Assembly (NCBI GenBank): GCA_025966135.1
Contig: JAOPVP010000035.1
Coordinates: forward strand, 64,078 to 128,077
Direction of reading: 5' to 3'
Source of the DNA: Frankiales bacterium
GTDB taxonomy: Bacteria > Actinomycetota > Actinomycetes > Mycobacteriales > SCTD01
DNA length: 64,000 nucleotides
A program made the translations under genes and the position numbers. This document shows positions 35,073-44,412 of this stretch, piece by piece. Under the pieces are notes generated by a model. The model had not been told where the DNA came from. It saw only the letters and a program-made list of their open reading frames with translations, and searched no databases. How positions within the stretch are numbered: position 1 is the first letter of the stretch; every line of letters begins with the position of its first letter.

Positions 35073-36755
35073 CTAGTTCCAGACGCCGTACCAGGCGGAG
35101 CCTGGCAGGACGGTCCCGAAGTCGGTCGCGGTCCCCTCGTCCGGTGCCTGCGAGGGTTGGGCCGTGTCCTGCTCGTACCAGCTCTGGCCGTACCACGACT
35201 GCCCGTACCAGCTCTGGCCGTACCAGGACTGACCCTGCGCCCACTGGCTGGCGTACCAGCTCTGGCCCGTCCACTCCCCCCCGGCGTAGCCGGACGCGTC
35301 GAAGGGCTGCAGCTGCGGCTGCGCGAACGGGCCGGTGATCGTGGCCAGGGCCGTCAGCTGACCGCTGACCACGCCACAGCCGGCACCATTAACAGTCTGG
35401 CGGAGCACGTCGCACGAGAAGCTGGTCACCTGTACGGCTGCGCGGCTCAGGTCGAGGCCCTCGAAGGCGTCCTGCCTCGGGTCGGCCTGGTGGAACCCGC
35501 TGACGTCGGCCTCGAGCGACTGCTCCACGTCGATCAGGCCGGCGCCGGCAACCTTGAAGGGAAGGTCGGAGATGCGGTGCGCACCGGCGTACAGGGCTGC
35601 CTTCACCTCGTCGGGTGTCCATGCCCTGCGCTCGAGCAACAGGGCCACCGCCCCGGACACGACGGCAGTGGCCTGCGAGGTGCCGCTTCCGCGCCGGTAG
35701 CCCGGGATGTTGCTCGGCGGTGCCGTCTGCTCGATGTGGCTGCCCGGAACCGCCAACGAGACCAGCCCCACACCGGGAGCCACCACGTCCGGCTTGAAGA
35801 CCGTCGTCGTGTCGCTGCCGGTGCCCTCGACAACCGGCCCCCGACCGCTGAACGACGGCACGGTGTCGTCCTCCCGCGAGGTGGTCCCGTGGTCGTCGAC
35901 GGCCCCGACGGTGACGACGAGCGGGTCATCCGCGGGCTTGCTCGTCGTCCCGTCTCCCGGCCCGCGGTTGCTGGCCGCCACGACCACCACCAGCCCGGCG
36001 CGCCAGGCCTTCTCGACCGCGCGGTTCAACGGGTCCTTGCGGTAGTCGTGCGTGCTGTCGCTGCCGAGCGAGAGGTTGAGGACCTTGATCCCGAGCTGGT
36101 CCTTGAAGGAGACGGCGTACTGGATGGCCGCCAGCACCTGGCTGGTGTCGGCGGCGCCGTCACGTCCGGCCACCTTGATGCTGACGAGCCGGGCCGCAGG
36201 GTCCATGCCCGGGTAGGCGCCGTCGCCCGCGATCAGGCCTGCCAGGAACGTGCCGTGGCCGTAGTTGTCGGCGCAGTCCCCCTTCTCGGACGAGAAGTTC
36301 GCGCAGGCAGCCGGCTGCCCGGTCATCGGGTCCGGCACGGACAGGGTCTTGGCGCCCAGGCCCCCGACCGGGCTGATGCCGGTGTCGATCAGCGCGACGG
36401 TGACCGGACTGCGGGCCGGGCCCACATCGGTTGCGCGGGTCGCATGGCGGTAGACGTTCGGCGCCGTGGTCGAGGTCGTGGTGTCGATGGAGGCCGGACG
36501 CAACGGCGCGTCAGGGCTGACCACGGCTCCCCGCAAGGCGGCGCCGGCCGGAAGCACGGCAACCACGCCGTCCGCGATGGGGAGCTGCTGCACGACCCTG
36601 CCCCCAGCGGTCCGCACGGCCTCAGCCGCCGCGGCCGCAGACGTCGCCTGTACGACGACGCGGCGCCCCTGGCTGTGCGCGGTGGGGAGCGAGCCTGGCC
36701 CTGCCGCGACGGCGAGCACCACTCCCGCCAGCAGAAGCATCCCTGCACGACGCAT
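35073..36755 (-). CDS. Secreted S8 (subtilisin-like) serine peptidase with C-terminal GQSWY repeats
   Basis: Catalytic residues ALIDTGI (Asp), NYGHGTFLAG (His), GSGTSQATA (Ser). Signal peptide MRRAGMLLLAGVVLAVAAG. ATG at 36755 follows AAGGGGGG. Confidence 0.9.
   Translation of the reverse strand: MRRAGMLLLAGVVLAVAAGPGSLPTAHSQGRRVVVQATSAAAAAEAVRTAGGRVVQQLPIADGVVAVLPAGAALRGAVVSPDAPLRPASIDTTTSTTAPNVYRHATRATDVGPARSPVTVALIDTGISPVGGLGAKTLSVPDPMTGQPAACANFSSEKGDCADNYGHGTFLAGLIAGDGAYPGMDPAARLVSIKVAGRDGAADTSQVLAAIQYAVSFKDQLGIKVLNLSLGSDSTHDYRKDPLNRAVEKAWRAGLVVVVAASNRGPGDGTTSKPADDPLVVTVGAVDDHGTTSREDDTVPSFSGRGPVVEGTGSDTTTVFKPDVVAPGVGLVSLAVPGSHIEQTAPPSNIPGYRRGSGTSQATAVVSGAVALLLERRAWTPDEVKAALYAGAHRISDLPFKVAGAGLIDVEQSLEADVSGFHQADPRQDAFEGLDLSRAAVQVTSFSCDVLRQTVNGAGCGVVSGQLTALATITGPFAQPQLQPFDASGYAGGEWTGQSWYASQWAQGQSWYGQSWYGQSWYGQSWYEQDTAQPSQAPDEGTATDFGTVLPGSAWYGVWN
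35175..35270. repeat. 15-nt periodic coding repeat (GQSWY units) at the 3' end of the S8 peptidase gene
   Basis: GTACCAGCTCTGGCC-like units repeated about 6 times on the + strand. Confidence 0.8.
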
Positions 36756-36882
36756 CGAGCGCCCCCCCTTCGCGTGCGTGCTTGCCCGGCGATCGCAAAT
36801 GATCACCAGTCGCGCGTGTGCCCCCGCCGCAAACGCGCCAAACCCAGATGGTTCTGCTCCGAACGGGTGAAAGACTGACGCC

Positions 36883-37311
36883 ATGGCCGGTCCACTGCAA
36901 GTGATGCCGGGCCTCGTGCTGCCGGAAGCCGAGCTGTCGTGGCGTTTCTCGCGATCCTCAGGACCGGGCGGTCAGCACGTGAACACCACCGACAGCCGGG
37001 CGGAGCTGAGCATCGACCTGGCCCGCTCCGCTGCGCTTCCCGAGCACCTGCGCGCCCGGGCGCTCGAGCACCTCGCGGGCCGCCTCGTCGACGGGGTCTT
37101 GACCGTCGCCGCCAGCGAGCAGCGCAGCCAGCTGCAGAACCGCGAGGCCGCGGCCGAGCGGATGGCCCAGCTGCTACGGGAGGCGGTGCGGCCTCCTCCG
37201 CCGCCACGGCGGCCGACCCGGCCGACCAAGGGCAGCAAGGAACGCCGTTTGCAGGTCAAGCGCCAGCGGTCGGACCTGAAGCGCTCTCGTCGGGGCCCTC
37301 ATCCGGAGTAG
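36883..37311 (+). CDS. arfB: Alternative ribosome-rescue factor ArfB (peptidyl-tRNA hydrolase, GGQ)
   Basis: SSGPGGQHVNTTDS motif, basic C-terminal tail, about 140 aa. Confidence 0.9.
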   Translation: MAGPLQVMPGLVLPEAELSWRFSRSSGPGGQHVNTTDSRAELSIDLARSAALPEHLRARALEHLAGRLVDGVLTVAASEQRSQLQNREAAAERMAQLLREAVRPPPPPRRPTRPTKGSKERRLQVKRQRSDLKRSRRGPHPE

Positions 37312-37474
37312 GAACATCCGGAGGAGCGGCCGGCGGCGGGGTGTCGAAGTTCTTCGGCAGCCGCCGGAGCCGGGCGTTCATGTTGCGGATCAGCAGCACG
37401 GTCGCGACGCCGAGCAGCAAGATGATCAGCAGCCCCAGGGGACCCGCTGAGCTGCCACCCGCGGCGAGGTTCAC
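37256..37474 (-). CDS. Small single-pass membrane protein
   Basis: GTG at 37474 overlaps the mca stop (GTGA). One TM helix (GLLIILLLGVATVLLI) and a Pro-rich tail. It overlaps the arfB 3' end convergently. Confidence 0.4.
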   Translation of the reverse strand: MNLAAGGSSAGPLGLLIILLLGVATVLLIRNMNARLRRLPKNFDTPPPAAPPDVPTPDEGPDESASGPTAGA

Positions 37475-38334
37475 CGGATCCCGGCAAACAGGTCGGTCTC
37501 GGGGAGCTCCGAGCTGACGTGGCTGCGGGCCAGCTGGAAGTCCTCGGTCGGCCAGGCCTCCTGCTGCAGCGAGATCGGGCAGGCGAACCACCGACCGGTC
37601 GGGTCCACCTGGGTGGCGTGCGCGATCAGCGCCTGGTCGCGGGTCGCGAAGAACTCCGCGCACTCGATGCTGGTGGTGACGCGGTCCTCGTCGCCGGGCT
37701 TGTCGACCCACTGGGCCAGCCATTCGCCGTACGGCGACTCGATGCCGTGCTCGACCATCATCGTGTGCAGGGCCACGAGTCGGCGCTTGTGGAACGAGTG
37801 GTTGTAGTAGAGCTTCAGCGGCTGCCAGGGGTCACCAGCCTCCGGGAAGCGGTCGGGGTCTCCGCTGGCCTCGAAGGCCGCCATCGTCACGTCGTGGCAG
37901 CGGATGTGGTCGGGGTGTGGGTATCCGCCCTGCTCGTCGTACGTCGTGACGACGTGCGGACGTTCCTTGCGGATCAGCTCCACGAGCACCCGGGTCTGCT
38001 CCTCGAGGTTGCCCAGGGCAAACGAGCCCTCGGGCAGCGGCGGCAGCGGGTCCCCCTCGGGCAAGCCGCTGTCCACCCAGCCCATGAAGATCTGGCGGAC
38101 ACCGAGGATCTCCCGGGCCTTGTCCATCTCAGCGGCCCGGACCTCGGTGATGTTGGCCTGTACGTCGGGCGTGTCCATGGCCGGGTTGAGCACCGATCCG
38201 CGCGAGCCGTCGGTCAGCGTGACGACGAGGACGTCGACGCCCTCGCGAACGTACTTGACCATCGTCGCCGCACCCTTGCTCGACTCGTCGTCCGGGTGCG
38301 CGTGCACACACATCAGCCGCAACTGCTCCGCCAC
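37471..38334 (-). CDS. mca: Mycothiol S-conjugate amidase (LmbE/PIG-L family)
   Basis: LRLMCVHAHPDDESSKGAATM... GTG at 38334 follows GGAAAGGAG. At 287 aa it matches the known Mca size. Confidence 0.9.
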   Translation of the reverse strand: MAEQLRLMCVHAHPDDESSKGAATMVKYVREGVDVLVVTLTDGSRGSVLNPAMDTPDVQANITEVRAAEMDKAREILGVRQIFMGWVDSGLPEGDPLPPLPEGSFALGNLEEQTRVLVELIRKERPHVVTTYDEQGGYPHPDHIRCHDVTMAAFEASGDPDRFPEAGDPWQPLKLYYNHSFHKRRLVALHTMMVEHGIESPYGEWLAQWVDKPGDEDRVTTSIECAEFFATRDQALIAHATQVDPTGRWFACPISLQQEAWPTEDFQLARSHVSSELPETDLFAGIR

Positions 38335-38340
38335 GCCCTC

Positions 38341-38376
38341 GGTCTCCTTTCCATGGGCCCCCGCCCATAGGAGACC
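38341..38376. promoter_or_regulatory. 36-nt palindrome filling the mca / DUF4307 divergent intergenic region and containing both SD sequences
   Basis: GGTCTCCT tTCC ATGGGC CCCC GCCCAT AGGAGACC. The outer 8-bp arms are the SDs of the two divergent genes. There is an inner 6-bp stem. Confidence 0.5.
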
Positions 38377-38386
38377 ATCATCGTTG

Positions 38387-38818
38387 ATGACGACTCGACA
38401 CCTCCCCGCCGACCCCCCGAGGCGCCCGCCCGGCCGGTACGACGCACCGCGCACCTTGCCGCGGCCGCTGCTGATCACCGGAGCCGTCCTGCTCGGCGTG
38501 CTCCTGCTGGTGTCGACCTATCTGGCCTACAACCGCTTCACCACCGCCCAGACAGCGTTCGGCGTGGTCGGTTTCAGAGTGCTCAGTGACCACGCGGTGG
38601 AGGTGCAGTTCGACGTCCACAAGGACCTGAAGGCCAGCGTGCTCTGCCTGGTCAGCGCCCGCGACAAGGACAACGTGCAGGTCGGGAGCGCGACGGTGAC
38701 GGTCGGGCCGTCGAGCACGGACCCGGTACGGACGGTGCACACCCTCACGACCACCCACCGGGCGACCACGGGTGAGGTCACCGGCTGCTCGGCACCGCAA
38801 CCGTCGGTATCGCCGTAG
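38387..38818 (+). CDS. DUF4307-like membrane protein (conserved between mca and greA in actinobacteria)
   Basis: One TM helix (LLITGAVLLGVLLLVSTYLAY) followed by a beta-rich domain. Synteny with Mycobacterium tuberculosis Rv1081c, from memory. Confidence 0.7.
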   Translation: MTTRHLPADPPRRPPGRYDAPRTLPRPLLITGAVLLGVLLLVSTYLAYNRFTTAQTAFGVVGFRVLSDHAVEVQFDVHKDLKASVLCLVSARDKDNVQVGSATVTVGPSSTDPVRTVHTLTTTHRATTGEVTGCSAPQPSVSP

Positions 38819-38853
38819 CATCGAAAGACCCGTACCTCCGAGGAGACGACGCC

Positions 38854-39354
38854 GTGACGACCGACAGCACCACCGCGACCACCTGGCTGACGCCGGAGGC
38901 GCATGCCCGTCTGCAGGCGCACCTCGATGACCTCAGCGGCCCCGTGCGGGCCGACATCGTGAGGAAGATCGAGGCAGCCCGCGACGAGGGCGACCTCAAG
39001 GAGAACGGCGGCTACCACGCCGCCAAGGAGGAGCAGGGCAAGCTCGAGGCCCGCATCCGCCAGCTCACGCAGCTGCTGCGCGACGTCCGCGTCGGAGAGA
39101 AGCCGGCCGGCGACGTGGTCGAGGAGGGCTGTCTCGTGAGCGTCGACTACGGCGACAACGACGTGGAGACGTTCCTGTTCGCCAACCGCGAGAACGCCAC
39201 GGACGAAGGCGGCAAGATCGGCTCGCTCGACGTCTACTCGCCGGAGTCCCCCATCGGCCAGGCGCTCGCCGGCCACAAGAAGGGCGACGAGGTGGTCTTC
39301 GGACCGCGGTCGATCAAGGTCACGGTCAAGGACATCCAGGCCTACGTCGCCTGA
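38854..39354 (+). CDS. greA: Transcription elongation factor GreA
   Basis: ..DLKENGGYHAAKEEQGKLEARIRQL.. and a C-terminal FKBP-like domain. GTG start. Confidence 0.95.
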   Translation: MTTDSTTATTWLTPEAHARLQAHLDDLSGPVRADIVRKIEAARDEGDLKENGGYHAAKEEQGKLEARIRQLTQLLRDVRVGEKPAGDVVEEGCLVSVDYGDNDVETFLFANRENATDEGGKIGSLDVYSPESPIGQALAGHKKGDEVVFGPRSIKVTVKDIQAYVA

Positions 39355-39358
39355 CACC

Positions 39359-40582
39359 TCACCCGGGCGAGAAGGCGTACGACGCCGCCCTGAGGGCTGC
39401 CGTCACGACGTCGGAGTGCTCCCCGCCGCGGGTCTCGACCTGCAGCTCGACCTCGACCTCGTCGAGGTGCAGGTTTCGTCCGGTGCGCTGATGCTCGACG
39501 TCGAGGATGTTCGCGCCTGAGATCGCGAGGACTCCCAGCAGGCGGGCGAGCTCGCCGGGGCGGTCCGGGATGCGTACCCGCAACGACAGGAACCGGCCGG
39601 CCGCGATCAGCCCGTGGCGGATCACCTTCGACAGCAGCAACGGGTCGATGTTGCCGCCCGAGAGCACCACGACGACGGGCGGTGCGAACGCCGTCGGGTC
39701 CTCCATGACGGCCGCGAGCCCGGCAGCACCGGCCGGCTCGACGACGAGCTTGGCGCGCTCCAAAGACAGCAGCAGCGCCCGCGACAGGTCGTCGTCGTCG
39801 ACGGTGACGACCCGGTCCACGAGGTCCCGCACGTGCCGGAACGTGACGTTGCCGGGCCGACCGACGGCGATCCCGTCGGCCATCGTCGCCATCGACGACA
39901 ACGACACCGGCTCACCGGCCTCGAGCGAGGGCGGGAAGGCTGCAGCCCCCCGGGCCTGGGCGGCCACGACCTCGACGTCGGGCCGCAGCGCCTGGACCAC
40001 CGCAGCGATACCCGAGACGAGGCCCCCGCCGCCGGTGCCGACCACGATCGTCTTCACGTCGGGGCACTGCTCGAGGATCTCCAGCCCCACGGTGCCCTGG
40101 CCGGCGATCACATCGACGTGGTCGAACGGGTGGATGAGGACGGCTCCGGTCTCCTCGGCGAACCGGCCGGCCGCCATCAGGGCCTCATCCACCGTCGCCC
40201 CCTCGAGCCGGACGGCAGCGCCGTACGCCTTGGTGGCCTCGACCTTGGGCAGCGGCGCGGCACTGGGCATGAAGACCGTGGCGGTGCAGCCGAGGAGGGT
40301 GGCGGCCAGCGCGACGCCCTGGGCGTGGTTGCCGGCGCTCGCAGCCACGACCCCGCGGGAACGCTCCTGCGCGGTGAGACGGGCGATGCGGACGTAGGCC
40401 CCGCGGATCTTGAACGAACCGGTGCGCTGGAGGTTCTCGCACTTGAGCCAGACAGGCCCGCCGACCTGCTCGGTCAGCGCCCGGCTGCCCTCGAGCGGGG
40501 TGGTGCGGGAGATGCCTTCGAGCAGCACCCGAGCTGCCTGGACGTCGGCCAACCCGACGAGCGGCACCTCCAGAGCGGTCAC
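39359..40582 (-). CDS. ilvA: Threonine ammonia-lyase (threonine dehydratase)
   Basis: PLP-lysine motif TGSFKIRGA, GGGGLVSG loop, C-terminal ACT-like domain. GTG at 40582 chosen; the long track extension overlaps the ROK gene. Confidence 0.9.
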   Translation of the reverse strand: MTALEVPLVGLADVQAARVLLEGISRTTPLEGSRALTEQVGGPVWLKCENLQRTGSFKIRGAYVRIARLTAQERSRGVVAASAGNHAQGVALAATLLGCTATVFMPSAAPLPKVEATKAYGAAVRLEGATVDEALMAAGRFAEETGAVLIHPFDHVDVIAGQGTVGLEILEQCPDVKTIVVGTGGGGLVSGIAAVVQALRPDVEVVAAQARGAAAFPPSLEAGEPVSLSSMATMADGIAVGRPGNVTFRHVRDLVDRVVTVDDDDLSRALLLSLERAKLVVEPAGAAGLAAVMEDPTAFAPPVVVVLSGGNIDPLLLSKVIRHGLIAAGRFLSLRVRIPDRPGELARLLGVLAISGANILDVEHQRTGRNLHLDEVEVELQVETRGGEHSDVVTAALRAASYAFSPG

Positions 40583-40601
40583 GGCAGCAAGTGTTCCACC
40601 G

Positions 40602-41480
40602 TCAGTCGGCGGACCAGTAGTGGTCCTCCGCGGCGAACAGGGCCGCCGCGCCGACGAGACCGGCGGTCTGGCCGAGGGTGGCCTGCTCGACCCGGACGCC
40701 GTCGAGGTACGACAGCCCGACATGCTCGGCGAGCGACCGGCGCAACGTCGGCCACAGGGAGGGGACCTGGGAGATCCCGCCGCCGAGGACCGCGACCCGC
40801 ACGTCGAGCAACGCGACGATCGAGGCGATGGCCATGCCCAGCGCACGACCGGCGCGCGCGAAGGCCTGCAGCGCCAGCACATCGCCTTGAGCGGCGAGTG
40901 CAGCGAGCTCCACCCCGGTGCGGGCCGTGCAGCCCTGCGCCGCAGCCCAGGCGACCAGGGCCGGGCCCCGGGCGACCGCCTCGAGGCAACCGCGGACCCC
41001 GCAGCCGCACATCGGGCCGTCCGGTTCGACGACCACGTGTCCGACGTGGCCGGCGTTGCCGCCCGCCCCGTCGAGCAGCCGGCCACCGCTGATCAGGCCA
41101 CCGCCCACACCTGTCGAGACCACCATGCCGAGCAGGTCGTCCGTCCCCCAGCCGCCCTTCCAGTGCTCGCCGGCGGCCATGCAGACCGCGTCGTTGTGGA
41201 CCCGGACGGGGACGCGGTACCGGCGCGCGAGCTCCTGCCGGAGCGGGAAGCCGCGCCAGGCCGGGATGTTCAGCGGCGAGACGTGACCTTGCGGCCATTC
41301 CATCGGCCCACCGCAGCCGACCCCGATGCCCTCCATGCCGTCGGCAAGGGGGTCGAGCAAGGCGGTCAGGACGGGCCACGGGTCATCGCCGGTCGGACTG
41401 CGGTGCATCTCACCGAGAGACCCGTCCCAGCGAGCGGCGGCAAGCTTGGTGCCTCCGATGTCGACAGCCAGATAGGTCAC
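40602..41480 (-). CDS. ROK-family sugar kinase/regulator
   Basis: N-terminal LAVDIGGTK and ROK zinc motif GHVVVEPDGPMCGCGVRGCLE. GTGA overlap with the upstream FIST gene. Confidence 0.85.
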   Translation of the reverse strand: MTYLAVDIGGTKLAAARWDGSLGEMHRSPTGDDPWPVLTALLDPLADGMEGIGVGCGGPMEWPQGHVSPLNIPAWRGFPLRQELARRYRVPVRVHNDAVCMAAGEHWKGGWGTDDLLGMVVSTGVGGGLISGGRLLDGAGGNAGHVGHVVVEPDGPMCGCGVRGCLEAVARGPALVAWAAAQGCTARTGVELAALAAQGDVLALQAFARAGRALGMAIASIVALLDVRVAVLGGGISQVPSLWPTLRRSLAEHVGLSYLDGVRVEQATLGQTAGLVGAAALFAAEDHYWSAD

Positions 41481-42661
41481 GGGAAGACGACCACGGAGGC
41501 GGTGAAGCCGTGCAGGTAAGAGCGCCCGCCGACCGGGCCGATCTCACCGCCGGCGAAGAAGCCGCCCACGGCATCGGCCGCGAGGACCTCACGGACGAGG
41601 GCGCCATCATGCCCGGCCCCGCCGTACGACGGTCCGAACAGCTGAGAACCCCTGCCGTTGCAGGAGAACAGCAGTGCGCCGGAGCCTGGCCGACCCGGGC
41701 AGCGACCCAGCACGGCACGCAGCTCCTGGTCGGCCGCATCTGCGTCACGGACCTGCAGGCGCACGGTCTGGCCGACCTGCACCAGGTCACCGACGAGCAG
41801 TCCGTCATCCTCGGTGCCCAGGATGCTGCGCACCACGAAGTCGTGGTCCTCGGTGTACTCGTCGGCGGCGATCCCCACGTGCAGCCCTGCTGAGGCCAAC
41901 GCCTGCTCCGGCGGCGTCAGCCCGGCCAGGACGGCACCGATCTTGTCGACAGCCGGCAGGCCGGCCAGCCCCCGGATCACGTTGCCGTGCGCCTCGGTGA
42001 CGGTCATCGCCGGACCCACGGGTCGGCAGCCCTGCGAGACCATGGTCCGCGCCGAGGCCCCGTCGATGACGACCCCGACCGCTCCGCGGTCGACCGTGCG
42101 CCCATCGACCCAGAGGCGGGTCGACCCCGGCCCAGTCGGGCCGTGTGCCAGGCCTCCGACGATGGGCAGCCCGCTCAGCACGCTCCCCGCGCGGGACACG
42201 AAGCCGTCGACCGGAAAGCTGTGAGGGTCGGCCAGCAGCACAGCGACCTCGTCGGCGGTCAGCTCGCACTCGGGCAGCCCGATGACGGCGGCACCCTCCT
42301 CGGTCGGCATCACCTCCAGGTGGAAGGTCCGCAGCGTCGCCCCCGGAAGGACGCCCACCCAGACGCTCACCGCAGAGACGTTCTCGACCCCTCGCCCCCC
42401 TCCGATCACGCCGCCGGCACTGCAGCCGAGCGTCGCGGCGGCCCCGGCCAACTCGCGGCCCCGTTCGCCGGCCTCCGCGAGGAGCTCCGGGTCGGCACCC
42501 GAGGCGAAGACCAGGGCCAGGTCGGGAGGGCGACCGCCGAGCGGCTCCAGGGCAGCCCGCACCGCCTGCTCGGCCGCCAGCACAAGGTCGGACGACAGGC
42601 CCATCCCGTCCCCGAAGCGGCCCACCTTCTCCACTATGCCTCCTCCGGCGCCTCCTCCCAT
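41477..42661 (-). CDS. FIST N/C domain sensory protein
   Basis: Typical FIST pattern (..PDLALVFAS.. / ..LLFSCNGRG..). Start is ATG at 42661 or 42604. The rest of the 839-aa track ORF is antisense to the AAA gene. Confidence 0.75.
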   Translation of the reverse strand: MGGGAGGGIVEKVGRFGDGMGLSSDLVLAAEQAVRAALEPLGGRPPDLALVFASGADPELLAEAGERGRELAGAAATLGCSAGGVIGGGRGVENVSAVSVWVGVLPGATLRTFHLEVMPTEEGAAVIGLPECELTADEVAVLLADPHSFPVDGFVSRAGSVLSGLPIVGGLAHGPTGPGSTRLWVDGRTVDRGAVGVVIDGASARTMVSQGCRPVGPAMTVTEAHGNVIRGLAGLPAVDKIGAVLAGLTPPEQALASAGLHVGIAADEYTEDHDFVVRSILGTEDDGLLVGDLVQVGQTVRLQVRDADAADQELRAVLGRCPGRPGSGALLFSCNGRGSQLFGPSYGGAGHDGALVREVLAADAVGGFFAGGEIGPVGGRSYLHGFTASVVVFP

Positions 42662-42712
42662 GACCCACGGGCTGGCGTGCGAGATCCGGGACCTCGACGT
42701 AGCGTGGGCGGA

Positions 42713-44134
42713 GTGACTGCCCCAGACCAGACCCTCCGCACGCCTCCCCCGACAACCTTGGGGGCCCTCCGCGACAGCGGCCACCGGCAACGGACCGTCA
42801 AGCAGGAGGTCCGGGAGAACCTGCTCGTACGCCTCGCCTCGGGCGAGCCGACCTTCCCCGGCATCCTCGGCTACGACGAGACGGTCCTGCCCGAGGTCGA
42901 GCGCGCCCTGCTCGCCGGCCACGACATCGTCCTGCTGGGCGAGCGAGGCCAGGGCAAGACCCGCCTGATCCGGACCCTCAGCGGGCTGCTCGACGAGTGG
43001 ACGCCGGTCATCGCCGGCTGCGAGATCAACGACCACCCCTACTCCCCCGCCTGCGTCCGCTGCCAGCACCTGCTCGCCTCCGAGGGCGACAGCACCCCCG
43101 TCGCCTGGAAGCACCGCAGCACCCGGTACGGCGAGAAGCTCGCCACCCCGGACACCTCGGTCGGGGACCTCATCGGTGACGTCGACCCCATCAAGGTCGC
43201 CGAGGGCCGCACCCTCGGCGACCCCGAGACCGTGCACTACGGGCTGGTGCCCCGGACGAACCGGGGCATCTTCAGCGTCAACGAGCTGCCGGACCTGGCT
43301 GAGCGGATCCAGGTCGCGTTGCTCAACGTCCTGGAGGAGCGCGACATCCAGGTCCGCGGCTACACCCTGCGCCTGCCGCTGGATCTGCTGCTCATCGCCT
43401 CGGCGAACCCGGAGGACTACACGAACCGGGGACGCATCATCACCCCTCTCAAGGACCGTTTCGGGGCCGAGGTCCGCACCCACTACCCGATCGACCTCGA
43501 GAACGAGCTGGAGCTCATCGGTCAGGAGGCACAGCTCACCTGGCCGGGCACTGCCGTCACGGTGCCCGCACACCTGCTCGAGGTGGTGGCCAGGTGGACG
43601 CGACTGGTGCGCGAGTCGCCCCAGGTCGACCAGCGCTCCGGCGTCTCCGCCCGCTTCGCCGTCGCGGCGGCGGAGACCATCGCCGCCTCGGCGGTCCGCC
43701 GCGCCGCAGTGACCGGCGAGGTCGAGGCGGTGGCGCGGGTCTGTGACCTGCCGTCGGTCGTGCCCGCCTCGCGCGGGAAGGTCGAGTTCGAGGCCGCCGA
43801 GGAGGGCCGCGAGCTCGAGGTGCTGGCCCACCTGCTGCGCAAGGCCACCGCCGACGCCTTCCGTGCCCAGCTCGCCGGTCTCGACCTGTCCGGCCTGCAG
43901 AGCCGGTTCGACGACGGGGGCGTCCTCGAGACCGGCGACCTCGTGCCTGCCACCCAGCTGCTCGCCGACCTCGGCACCGTGCCCGGCCTGGCGCACCTGC
44001 TTGGCCGGCTCGGGATCGAGGAGGAGTCACCCGGCCTGGCCGCCGCAGCCCTGGAGTTCGCCATGGAGGGGCTGCACCTCAACCGCCGACTCGCCAAGGA
44101 GTCCGTCGGCCATCGGACGGTCTACGGCCGATGA
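42713..44134 (+). CDS. AAA+ ATPase (MoxR/ChlI-like) partner of a vWA protein
   Basis: Walker A LLGERGQGKTRL and Walker B IFSVNELPD. GTG at 42713 follows GGGCGGAG. Confidence 0.85.
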   Translation: MTAPDQTLRTPPPTTLGALRDSGHRQRTVKQEVRENLLVRLASGEPTFPGILGYDETVLPEVERALLAGHDIVLLGERGQGKTRLIRTLSGLLDEWTPVIAGCEINDHPYSPACVRCQHLLASEGDSTPVAWKHRSTRYGEKLATPDTSVGDLIGDVDPIKVAEGRTLGDPETVHYGLVPRTNRGIFSVNELPDLAERIQVALLNVLEERDIQVRGYTLRLPLDLLLIASANPEDYTNRGRIITPLKDRFGAEVRTHYPIDLENELELIGQEAQLTWPGTAVTVPAHLLEVVARWTRLVRESPQVDQRSGVSARFAVAAAETIAASAVRRAAVTGEVEAVARVCDLPSVVPASRGKVEFEAAEEGRELEVLAHLLRKATADAFRAQLAGLDLSGLQSRFDDGGVLETGDLVPATQLLADLGTVPGLAHLLGRLGIEEESPGLAAAALEFAMEGLHLNRRLAKESVGHRTVYGR

Positions 44135-44412
44135 ACATTCTGCCGCCGTTCCAGGTCCCCGACACCTACGCCCTGCGTCGCCGGGTCCTGCTCGTCGGCG
44201 TGCTCGTCATCCCGCTCTACCTCCTGTCCGCCTACGTCGTCTACCTGCTCGGCGTCTCCGACGCCTGGCTGCTCATCGCGCTGGCGCTCATCTACCTGCT
44301 GGTCGTCCGTCCCCTCATGCGACCGGTCCGCGAGGCCATCAAGCTCCGCCGCCGGCTCGCCTACGACAACTGGCTTGCCGAACGTGGACCCGAGGGCGGC
44401 GATCCGCCGTGA
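44131..44412 (+). CDS. Small two-pass membrane protein between the AAA and vWA genes
   Basis: ATGA overlap upstream and GTGA overlap downstream. Two hydrophobic helices. Confidence 0.6.
   Translation: MNILPPFQVPDTYALRRRVLLVGVLVIPLYLLSAYVVYLLGVSDAWLLIALALIYLLVVRPLMRPVREAIKLRRRLAYDNWLAERGPEGGDPP

Noticed and set aside
35067-36878. 603-aa + strand ORF mirroring the S8 peptidase gene
   Set aside because: The minus-strand frame carries the complete Asp/His/Ser triad and a signal peptide. The plus frame is Arg/Gly/Pro-rich.
42662-43996. Upstream extension of the FIST ORF (839 aa) and the matching 41987-42712 extension of the AAA ORF
   Set aside because: Each extension is the antisense frame of the other, real gene. 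Motif-bearing sequence starts only at 42661 (minus strand) and 42713 (plus strand).
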